A stretch of DNA of 63,245 nucleotides from Nitrospiraceae bacterium (GTDB lineage: Bacteria; Nitrospirota; Thermodesulfovibrionia; UBA6902). The first letter of the stretch is position 1. Each line of letters opens with the position of its first letter. The DNA is taken from the NCBI GenBank assembly GCA_003599425.1, contig QZKC01000094.1, positions 1 through 63,245 on the forward strand, written 5' to 3'. The notes under the pieces were generated by a model. That model saw nothing but the letters and a program-made list of their open reading frames with translations. It ran no database searches and was not told where the DNA came from. This document shows positions 38,008 to 46,543 of the stretch, piece after piece. Made by a program: the position numbers and the translations under genes.

Positions 38008-41000
38008 CTACCACTGCGTTACGTTGTTCCACTTCTGTTCTGTCCAACTGTTCCCGGGCTGACTATCATGGCATGTGCGGTACGCAGGCGGAGTCGATTT
38101 GCTTGTCCCGACATTGCCGAAGAAGTAAGCGCCTCCCGTATTTTGATTCCACACAAACGATTCATCCTTCTCGGTAAACCCGCCACCACCGGCAGGAAAA
38201 CGGCCAGCACCTGCGCCTTTGTCAGCTACTCTTGAGTATTGCGTTCCGTTTCCTCCTGAAGCAACGCGCCCCCTGTGGTTGTCGTTCAGGCAGTTAGTCA
38301 CCATCATCCTCGGCAAGGCGGAATTATGGGGCGAATGGCACTTTGAACATGTAAACGCATGCCGTGTATTATTTGCATTTCCGCCAGTGCTCTGTGCCCA
38401 ACCCTTGACCGTGTCATGGATCCTGTCATAGGTCTTCCAGGTGTTGTTACTGTCAGGATCTATCTGCGACTTTGGATGGCAGTTGAGGCAGAGGCCCGCA
38501 AAATCATTGATGGTCTCAGTGATCTTCGCAGCGGCATTGTAATCCCATTTCACAATATCATTGTATTTGCCGTTCATCGTATCAGCAGTAAAGGTGTTCT
38601 GGTCTATGTTGTATCCCGGACGGCTGCCGATGTACTGGCGGGCTGCCCTTCTGCCGCCGCCCCGGCTGTCATTTGTGGTTGAGGGCGCAGCGTCTTCTCT
38701 GTAGGGAGAGGTCATCCAGGTGCCCTTGAGCATGGGCACAGCATAATCCTGATTTAGTGTGGGACTTACCCCATGCGGGTCATGGCAGGGTGTACAGAGA
38801 CCATTAATGGTTTTGCTGGGGGTTGTGTTCAAAGCTGATGAAGCAGAGAGATGACCGCCCTTATTTGTTCCTGCTCCTGCTTTATAGGTATATCTCTGCT
38901 GAGGACCCGGTGTCCCCAGCCCAAAATACGGGGTGTCGAGATATCCCCGTATCGGCTGTGAAGCCCCATATGTCCCCTGATATCCCCAAGGAGTTGTACC
39001 TGCCTCTACTGTCTCATGGCAGTCAAAGCAGAGAGCTGCCCCTGCATTGTATTGGTTCTTGTTACCGGTAGACCCACCAGCCGCAGGCTTGTAGGTCATT
39101 GCATAACCGCCTTTACCTGCTATCGTGCTCTTCAGGTTACCTCCCTTAGTTGCATCACTTGTATAACTTGTTGTCGTGCCTTCTACATCCGAACCATGTG
39201 AGTTGTGGCAATCAAAACAGGCAACGTTGGTATTCCCGCTCGTATCAGGCCATGTGTCATTCAGATCATAGCCCTGTTGATTTATATACGCAACTCCATG
39301 GGAAGAGTGTGCCTTTGTCATGGCAGCTTTTCCATTCGTATTTGCACCGCTGTACTTGCCCCACTGAGTTGAGGTCTCAGGGGTGTAACGCGCATTGATG
39401 CTCGTTCCCTTGGTCCAGGTGCCCCCATTCGCGAGGCAATCCTCTCTTTTCTTATCATAGGTCGGATTGCTGCAGGTCCCATCCCATGCGTATTCATTGG
39501 GCGTATTGCCATCTCCAAATGGCTGTGTGCTGTTGTTCTCATTATTGTGGCAACTGATACAGTGCTGGTTCATCTCAAGGATCTGTGTCCTCGATCCATC
39601 AGTAGTATATCTGACGGCTGTTACCCCAACGCTATAGCTCGCAGGCCTTGTCCCGAACCCGTAGATAACCAGGTCGACCGCTGAACCGGGACTGAGCGAT
39701 CCTCCATGATATGTGGTATTCACACTACCATCAGCATTTGCTTCCCAGTGGCACTGATAGCAGTGCGTCTCATTCACTGCAACCCCCTGCACATGATGTG
39801 AGGACGAGTTGAACTGTCCCATCACAGCAACCCTGTCTCCCATGGCAATTGCATGGCAGATCGTGCATGCCCCATCAGGCCTGAACCCAACTTCATGTGG
39901 ATGGCAGAGCGTGCAGTCATACATGGCAGGTTCAGACTCATGTAGCCGTGCCGTGGGTGAGTTAAACCGGTGATACAACGTTTTGGTGTGGCAGACCTCG
40001 CATATTTTCTGTGATGTTGTATGCACGATAGTATCATCACCGAATCCTCCAGCCCCTGTTTGACTAAATACAACTTCTGCTCCCGGGAAACCTCCTGCAG
40101 GAGCTGTGACAGATTCTTTTATCCTCTTTATATTACTTGTGTTGATCGCGTGGCACGTGGCACAGGTGAAGCCGCCATACTCTCCCGATGGGGTCCCCCA
40201 CGTCCCGCCCCAGTATTTATTGCCGGGAAACCTCAGGCCATTATGCAACATCGAATCATCGCTCCAGACAGCCGGGACCACATGATGAATTTCCTGGACG
40301 TTACTATTGCTGCCTGTATAACCGTCACTGTCCTGATAGGTGACCCGCACATGATATGCTTTCCCATTCGTCAATCCCGTGATCTGATACATGAAAGGAC
40401 TCATGCTATGCGTGACTACTGCTGAACCGAGACTGAAATCAACCTGGTCATAGCCCCACTCAATCAGAAGGGTATTGTCCTTGTCTGAATCTTCAGTATA
40501 CCGGGCAGTAACGTAAATGGACTGGTCTGCCGGGCTTGCAGCAGCAATTCCTGGAGCTGTGCGGGGTTCATAAACCGGTGTGTGAATATTGAGCTGGTTT
40601 GAATCTGCGCTCTCACACGGTTCATTGGTGCTGTAACCCCGGACAGTATAGGTGTAGTCCGTGTCCGGAGAAACGGTCGTGTCCGTATAGGTCCCTCTGC
40701 ATGGTATTACGTCTGCAAGGAATGAACCATTCCGGTAAATCTTATAGTATTCATTGTTCGTGCATTCAAAAGACCACATGAGAGTAACTTCATAGGACTC
40801 AAGGAATGAATACGAGAGGTCATCCGTTGTATTGGCGTAACAGGCCCTCCAGGTAAAGTCTCTTGCTGTTGTTGTTATGATGTTGCCGCAGTCAGGGTCT
40901 GTCCCACGGACATCAAGCGTATATGTAACGCCATCTGTATAGTTGCCACATTTTGAGCCACCGTTAATTGATGCAGGAATAGTACTGTTTGATGTCCAGT

Positions 41001-42819
41001 CAATACAGACATCTGAACCGCCGACGTGATATTCAATATACGCAGAATACCAGTAATTGCTGAAAGAACCGCTGTCTGCCGGCCATGTTGCAGGATATGC
41101 CACTGTATCATCTGTGGACACACTTACTGAATTCCAGCGGCCTCTTCCTGTCTGGAAGTCACTGCCTGAGGCGCTGCTGCTATAACGAACGTCAAAGCCT
41201 GTCCCACCGCCGTTGCTCTTATAGGCAATCCATACCGGCTGGCCTGAAGGTATAGTGATATCAGGTCCTGTATAGGTAATGGTCAGCCACTGGTTTGTAG
41301 CGCTTCCGCTTGTTGTCCCAAAGTCATAGAGAAGTGTGGCTCCCGACGGCCCCGCTGTCAGGCTTCCTCCAGTGTATACGGCAAGCCTGACCTGATCTCC
41401 ATGATTAGCACCCACATAAATTGATACAGATTTTAAATGCATGTTCGAAGATGAGGGTGCGTTGCCGCTCATTACTCTCGCAAAGTTCGCTTTTGTCGAA
41501 GATACCCCCACATTGGTCTTACCCCAGTTATAAGTCGTTGCTGTACCGGGAGTAGATATCATATACTCAATCGATTCTACGTCGCCTGTTTTGCTGAACA
41601 TGGTGCTTGCATTATAAGGATCCCCTTTTGCTATCTGGCCTGCAGGGATCGTTATTGTGGAAGGGTCAGGGTCAGTACAGGTCGCACCTGTTTCATATGT
41701 CAGATAATACGAATACCAGTAATTGCTAAAGGTACCGCTATCTGAAGGCCACGTAGCGGGGAATGCAACAGACTCATCTGTTGATACCTGCCCGCCGGAC
41801 TGAAACCGGCCGTTTGCTGTCTGAAAATCGCCGGCATTTGCACTGCTGGAAGAATACTGGACAGCAAAACCTGAATCATTCCCTTTGACCGCTACCCAGA
41901 GAGGAGCGTTCTTTAAAATGAGCGGACCTGCAGGGCAGGTGAGCGTAAGGAACTGGTTGGTCCCGCTGCCGCTTGTAGCGCCAGCATCACAGAGAAGCGT
42001 TGCCCCGTCAGGCCCGGATGACAGGTCACCACCCTGATATACAGCAACCCTGACCTGGCTTGAGTGACTGTTCCCTACATATACGGAGACGCTCTTGAGC
42101 TTCATCCCGTCAACATTTGGAGACGTGCCTCCCATGACCCGCACAAAATTCACATTTGTGTTCGTGCCGTTTGCCGCAGTGCGTCCCCAGTTGGTCTGTA
42201 CAGGAGGAGTATAGTCAACCTCAGCATAAAGCTGGGTAGCACGCATAGCAGTGGAATTTGTGTGGTCGATGATAGCCACCAGGCTGTCAATCTCTGACCA
42301 TGTCCATGCAGCGCCTGTCTGGGGGTTGGTATTATATGTGCTTCCTGTAAAAAGGGCATATGTTGACGATGACGAAGTCTGACCACTGCTAAAGTAGCTG
42401 GACCCGTTGGTCTTTACCCCTATAGTAAATGTTGAACTCCCGCTTGCAGCGTCTCTTCTTGCGCGGGTCTTGATCGTAACAGAGTTGATGGCTCCCGTCT
42501 CTGTAGTATGGTTATCAAGCTCAAGATAATAATAATTAGCAGTTCCTGAGGAACTTCCATAGGAAGTATCGCTGTCGTTCGAATCAAGGGCAGTGGCAGC
42601 CGTTCCGCCTGAGTATGTAACATTATCACCAGTGGAAGAACCGGACGGATAGAGTGTCAGGATGGTTGCCCAGGACCCCAATGCATTCAATAACAGAAGC
42701 GCCACCGTGAGGGCAAATGACAAGAATATATTATTCATGAGTAATCCTCGTATAAAGGTGCCAAACTCGTTCTTACTATCGGCAGTTGTCTTAATATTCT
42801 TTATCTCTCTCTTCATCAT
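38008..42819 (-). CDS. Large extracellular multiheme cytochrome c (11 CxxCH) with N-terminal beta-rich repeats and FN3-like domains
   Basis: CATCH, CEVCH, CTLCH, CTICH, CYQCH, CISCH, CFDCH x2, CTPCH, CLNCH, CSKCH, all in the C-terminal half; alternative start ATG 42738 with GAGGA RBS. Confidence 0.88.
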   Translation of the reverse strand: MMKREIKNIKTTADSKNEFGTFIRGLLMNNIFLSFALTVALLLLNALGSWATILTLYPSGSSTGDNVTYSGGTAATALDSNDSDTSYGSSSGTANYYYLELDNHTTETGAINSVTIKTRARRDAASGSSTFTIGVKTNGSSYFSSGQTSSSSTYALFTGSTYNTNPQTGAAWTWSEIDSLVAIIDHTNSTAMRATQLYAEVDYTPPVQTNWGRTAANGTNTNVNFVRVMGGTSPNVDGMKLKSVSVYVGNSHSSQVRVAVYQGGDLSSGPDGATLLCDAGATSGSGTNQFLTLTCPAGPLILKNAPLWVAVKGNDSGFAVQYSSSSANAGDFQTANGRFQSGGQVSTDESVAFPATWPSDSGTFSNYWYSYYLTYETGATCTDPDPSTITIPAGQIAKGDPYNASTMFSKTGDVESIEYMISTPGTATTYNWGKTNVGVSSTKANFARVMSGNAPSSSNMHLKSVSIYVGANHGDQVRLAVYTGGSLTAGPSGATLLYDFGTTSGSATNQWLTITYTGPDITIPSGQPVWIAYKSNGGGTGFDVRYSSSASGSDFQTGRGRWNSVSVSTDDTVAYPATWPADSGSFSNYWYSAYIEYHVGGSDVCIDWTSNSTIPASINGGSKCGNYTDGVTYTLDVRGTDPDCGNIITTTARDFTWRACYANTTDDLSYSFLESYEVTLMWSFECTNNEYYKIYRNGSFLADVIPCRGTYTDTTVSPDTDYTYTVRGYSTNEPCESADSNQLNIHTPVYEPRTAPGIAAASPADQSIYVTARYTEDSDKDNTLLIEWGYDQVDFSLGSAVVTHSMSPFMYQITGLTNGKAYHVRVTYQDSDGYTGSNSNVQEIHHVVPAVWSDDSMLHNGLRFPGNKYWGGTWGTPSGEYGGFTCATCHAINTSNIKRIKESVTAPAGGFPGAEVVFSQTGAGGFGDDTIVHTTSQKICEVCHTKTLYHRFNSPTARLHESEPAMYDCTLCHPHEVGFRPDGACTICHAIAMGDRVAVMGQFNSSSHHVQGVAVNETHCYQCHWEANADGSVNTTYHGGSLSPGSAVDLVIYGFGTRPASYSVGVTAVRYTTDGSRTQILEMNQHCISCHNNENNSTQPFGDGNTPNEYAWDGTCSNPTYDKKREDCLANGGTWTKGTSINARYTPETSTQWGKYSGANTNGKAAMTKAHSSHGVAYINQQGYDLNDTWPDTSGNTNVACFDCHNSHGSDVEGTTTSYTSDATKGGNLKSTIAGKGGYAMTYKPAAGGSTGNKNQYNAGAALCFDCHETVEAGTTPWGYQGTYGASQPIRGYLDTPYFGLGTPGPQQRYTYKAGAGTNKGGHLSASSALNTTPSKTINGLCTPCHDPHGVSPTLNQDYAVPMLKGTWMTSPYREDAAPSTTNDSRGGGRRAARQYIGSRPGYNIDQNTFTADTMNGKYNDIVKWDYNAAAKITETINDFAGLCLNCHPKSQIDPDSNNTWKTYDRIHDTVKGWAQSTGGNANNTRHAFTCSKCHSPHNSALPRMMVTNCLNDNHRGRVASGGNGTQYSRVADKGAGAGRFPAGGGGFTEKDESFVWNQNTGGAYFFGNVGTSKSTPPAYRTCHDSQPGNSWTEQKWNNVTQW

Positions 42820-42829
42820 TCAATTTACC

Positions 42830-45800
42830 TCATTCATCTGTCCGTGGCACATCTTGATGGCAAGCTGCGCATGTAGAGATATTCGTATTCCAGGTAATAT
42901 CAAACCCGTTATGGCAAGATACGTTTGAACAGGTGCCGTTACTGTAGGTTGCCTGACTGGCCAGTGTAGCCTTGGAGCTGTCATATGAAGATGCGCCCTG
43001 CTTGTAGCCGTTGTTCCTCTGCCAATAGGTGTTCAGCTCAGTCACGGTCGTTATGTCGTCCCTGATCTGCGCTTTTGACCTGATGATAACATTGGCAAAA
43101 TTGATATCAGCAGTACCGGTCACATGACTCGTCGCAGACGGATCAATGACCATTGTACCTACAGGAGTAGCTGCATGACATACGGCACAGACCGTGTTCT
43201 TGTCATTTGCAGCCATCTTCACTACATTGTTATGACAGAGATTACAGTTGATCGTTGTCGATGTGTTAGGATCGCCATGTCCTCCGCCTGAGGCTGCGCC
43301 GGCGGGCAGCAGACCATTCGTACCGTTATATATGGTGTCATAATGAATAGCGATCCTGCCATGTGTCATATGTGAGCTTGTATCTGGCATGTTGCCGTGG
43401 CAGTCATCGCACTTATCGCCTACAAAGGTCCCACCATACCAGTTGGGTGATGACTTGTACTGATAGGTAGATCCGTCAAAGTAGCCGCTGCTGTGACAGT
43501 ATACGCTTGAGCAGGTAACGCTGACACGCTGTGTCTGGGTATAGCTCTGAACAGTATTATTCTTTCCCTTCATGGTGCCTGCCGCTCCCGTGTCATTGGG
43601 GTCAAGGTTCAGGTTGATCACGCCATTCATGTGTGTTGCTGAAGACTGCGGATGGCAGTAGCCACATCCCTTGTTCGGCACGCCGCCAAGATTGCTGTAT
43701 GAGTACCAGTTCGGCAGCTTTCCATAATCACTTGTTGAAACCTTTCCAACATACGGGGTCTGTACATGTCTGGCATGAGGTGTGTCAGCGATATTTCCCG
43801 GTGCCGGGCCGCCTTTGGATGAATGACAGTCGTTGCAGTTGTCTGAAATATTGACCGTTCCATTTATATGAGAGCTTGGATCAGTAAAACCTGTACCGGA
43901 AGCATTTACTCCGGCATTATGACAAATAATACAGTCAGTAGCCCCTTTGCCAGAATGTACTGCCAGTGATGATGGAGGATAACCATGACACCGCGAGCAG
44001 TCATTGGCTGCATTACCCGTAAGATAGTTTGTATTATTCCAGATCGGAGTCCTGTCTGCCCCGTTTGTAGTGCCCTTTGGCATCGCTCCGCCATGACAGT
44101 AAACATTTGAACACTGACCGCCTGAATAACTGGGAGTTGCACTGTTGCTTGAAGCCAGCGCGCCAAAGATGAGCTCTGCTGTTCCTGGAGTGGCATCATT
44201 TATATGCCCCGCAGCAGATACAATGGCAGGAACGATATGGCACTCGCTACATGCCACATTGCTGGATATTGTACTCTGCAGGTGTGCCCTATGCGCCCCG
44301 ACCTGTGCGTCAGTTGCCGCTGAATCTCCCGCAGTATCTGTAGGAGGCGCCTGGGTATAGGCAGGGGCCGGAGACGCGGTTGGAGTGCCATGGCACTTTG
44401 TGCACCCATCTATCCCGGTAAAATCCGTTCCCCACGTCGGGGAGGAATTGCCGTGACATGCTGCCGCAGAACATGTTCCATAACCATTTCCGGGCGTTCC
44501 GCCTTTTGTATATGAATTTGCTACGTCTATCGATTTATTTACATGATTTGAGTAGTTATACGATGATGCATCATTTGCTGCTCCTGTATGGCAATCACTG
44601 CAGCCATTGACCCCGGTTGTACCAAGGTGCGCAGCATGACTGCCACTCGTTAATCCTGATGCCTCTGTAACCTTATGACAGGTTCCACATGCTGCGCTTG
44701 CTGAATTTCCCCATGTAGGAATTGCATAGGCCGGAGTTGCTGAGTTTCCGTCCGTTGTTGACTGTCCTGTACTGTGGCAATATGCGGTTGTGCAGGTCGT
44801 ATATGCACTCGCCTTTGTCTTGTTTGACGGATATCCAAGGTCGCCTGCCGTTACGTCATATACATCGATATTACTATCAAGATGCTGTTCAGGTGGAGTA
44901 GTACCACGAACGGCACTGTCATGGCAATCTCCACACACCGCTGTGCTGTACAACGTTGTCGTCACATGCTTTGTATGGCTTCCGGTACCGGGAACATCCG
45001 CGTGGCATTCTGAACATCCGCCTCCGGGAGTGCCCCATGTAGGAGTTGTTTTCAGATTCCCTGTTGCGTCATCATGACATGATGCAGTTGAGCAGGTTCC
45101 ATAGCCGTTTCCGGGTGTGCCACCTGCTGTATAAGAGTTTGCTACATCTATTAATGCATTAATATGGTTTGCTGAATTATATGAAGAGGCATTATTTGCC
45201 GCTCCAGTATGACAGTCCCCACATCCGTTTACTCCGGTCGTTCCAAGATGTGCTGCATGGCTGCCACTGGTCAAGCCTGTAACATTATGACATGTCCCGC
45301 AGACGCCGCTTGCAGGGGTATCCCATAACGGTGACGCATAAGTCGGAGTAGATGAACTCCCGCTTGAAGTAGACTGTCCTGTGCTGTGGCAATAAATATT
45401 AGAACACGTTTTGTTATTATTGTTCGAGACAAATGTCACAGGAGCAGTTGTCGTAGCGTTATACGTTACCCCAGACTGACCATTATATGTCCCTCCTTGA
45501 TATGACCCGTTGAATAAATAGAATCCTAAGGTAACAGAAAGGCCATTATTATGGGTTGAACCTGTGCCAACACTGTTATAATGACAGGTTGCACAATCGT
45601 ACCCCTTTGTGTTGACATGTACATTGTGGGCACCGGCAGTTGAAGAACCTGTTACTCCGGGATTATTCACCAAACCATTTGGTCCCCCGGTAGCAGTATT
45701 GACTGTGGGGGGATATCCATGGCAGATATCGCAGGCAATCTTGAAGCCCTTCGTATGTTTATGACAATATGTGCAGTCCGTACCTGCATTATGGGCATGG

Positions 45801-46543
45801 TTCCCTGTAACATCATTCTTGTGATACGTGGACTGGGTATGACATACCTCGCAGACCCCATCATATGTTGCATCGCCGTCCGCAAATGAGTTTGTACCCG
45901 TTGAATTGAAAAAACGAACTGTTTTAATTCCACTGTTAGGCGTGGTGATTTTTTCTCTAATGAGACTCCCATAAACAATGATGAACGTATTCCCCGGGCT
46001 GACCTTTGTCAGATTGATAGTTCCCTCAACCGTGAGCGTGTCGATGTTATTTCCGGTAATTTTATAATTGTAGGAGTTTTGTGCAATGTTGGGAACAAGG
46101 ATCAAGCCCTGATACTGGTTATCTGTCCATCCAGCCCCTGTCTTTGTCAGTGACGTTGCATTCACTGAAGATACTACCCCCTGATAGATGTAACTGGCGC
46201 TTCCATAGGTCCTGAACTGCTTGTGTCCGTGCGGGTTATGGCAAACACGGCACTCAACCGTCCAGTCTCCGTAACTATTATCCGTCTGATAACTGGAATG
46301 GGTATTTACCCCCATCGCCCCCCAATGACAACTCCAGCACAGTTGGTTGTATTCAGTATCATCTATTCCATTCTGACCGTACGTCAGTCCCTCTATCATA
46401 AGCGAAGGTTGTGAACCCCACACATAATGGCAACTCTCACAATTGATCCCTTCTGTGCCGTTATGGGGAAAATCAAGCGCATACCCATGAGCTGAAAAAA
46501 AGCAAAGCGCCATAACTAATAGTATTCTGATAATTGTATTCAT
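42830..46543 (-). CDS. CxxxxCH/CxxCH-domain multiheme cytochrome c (23 CxxCH plus 7 CX4CH)
   Basis: Counted by hand; the repeating C-x4-CH...W...CxxCH unit is the Geobacter-type TIGR01904-like pattern; signal peptide. Confidence 0.92.
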   Translation of the reverse strand: MNTIIRILLVMALCFFSAHGYALDFPHNGTEGINCESCHYVWGSQPSLMIEGLTYGQNGIDDTEYNQLCWSCHWGAMGVNTHSSYQTDNSYGDWTVECRVCHNPHGHKQFRTYGSASYIYQGVVSSVNATSLTKTGAGWTDNQYQGLILVPNIAQNSYNYKITGNNIDTLTVEGTINLTKVSPGNTFIIVYGSLIREKITTPNSGIKTVRFFNSTGTNSFADGDATYDGVCEVCHTQSTYHKNDVTGNHAHNAGTDCTYCHKHTKGFKIACDICHGYPPTVNTATGGPNGLVNNPGVTGSSTAGAHNVHVNTKGYDCATCHYNSVGTGSTHNNGLSVTLGFYLFNGSYQGGTYNGQSGVTYNATTTAPVTFVSNNNNKTCSNIYCHSTGQSTSSGSSSTPTYASPLWDTPASGVCGTCHNVTGLTSGSHAAHLGTTGVNGCGDCHTGAANNASSYNSANHINALIDVANSYTAGGTPGNGYGTCSTASCHDDATGNLKTTPTWGTPGGGCSECHADVPGTGSHTKHVTTTLYSTAVCGDCHDSAVRGTTPPEQHLDSNIDVYDVTAGDLGYPSNKTKASAYTTCTTAYCHSTGQSTTDGNSATPAYAIPTWGNSASAACGTCHKVTEASGLTSGSHAAHLGTTGVNGCSDCHTGAANDASSYNYSNHVNKSIDVANSYTKGGTPGNGYGTCSAAACHGNSSPTWGTDFTGIDGCTKCHGTPTASPAPAYTQAPPTDTAGDSAATDAQVGAHRAHLQSTISSNVACSECHIVPAIVSAAGHINDATPGTAELIFGALASSNSATPSYSGGQCSNVYCHGGAMPKGTTNGADRTPIWNNTNYLTGNAANDCSRCHGYPPSSLAVHSGKGATDCIICHNAGVNASGTGFTDPSSHINGTVNISDNCNDCHSSKGGPAPGNIADTPHARHVQTPYVGKVSTSDYGKLPNWYSYSNLGGVPNKGCGYCHPQSSATHMNGVINLNLDPNDTGAAGTMKGKNNTVQSYTQTQRVSVTCSSVYCHSSGYFDGSTYQYKSSPNWYGGTFVGDKCDDCHGNMPDTSSHMTHGRIAIHYDTIYNGTNGLLPAGAASGGGHGDPNTSTTINCNLCHNNVVKMAANDKNTVCAVCHAATPVGTMVIDPSATSHVTGTADINFANVIIRSKAQIRDDITTVTELNTYWQRNNGYKQGASSYDSSKATLASQATYSNGTCSNVSCHNGFDITWNTNISTCAACHQDVPRTDE

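Noticed and set aside
38060-38300. Extra heme sites CLNDNH and YRTCH at the end of the 1603-aa protein
   Set aside because: Each has only one Cys in a suitable position; not counted
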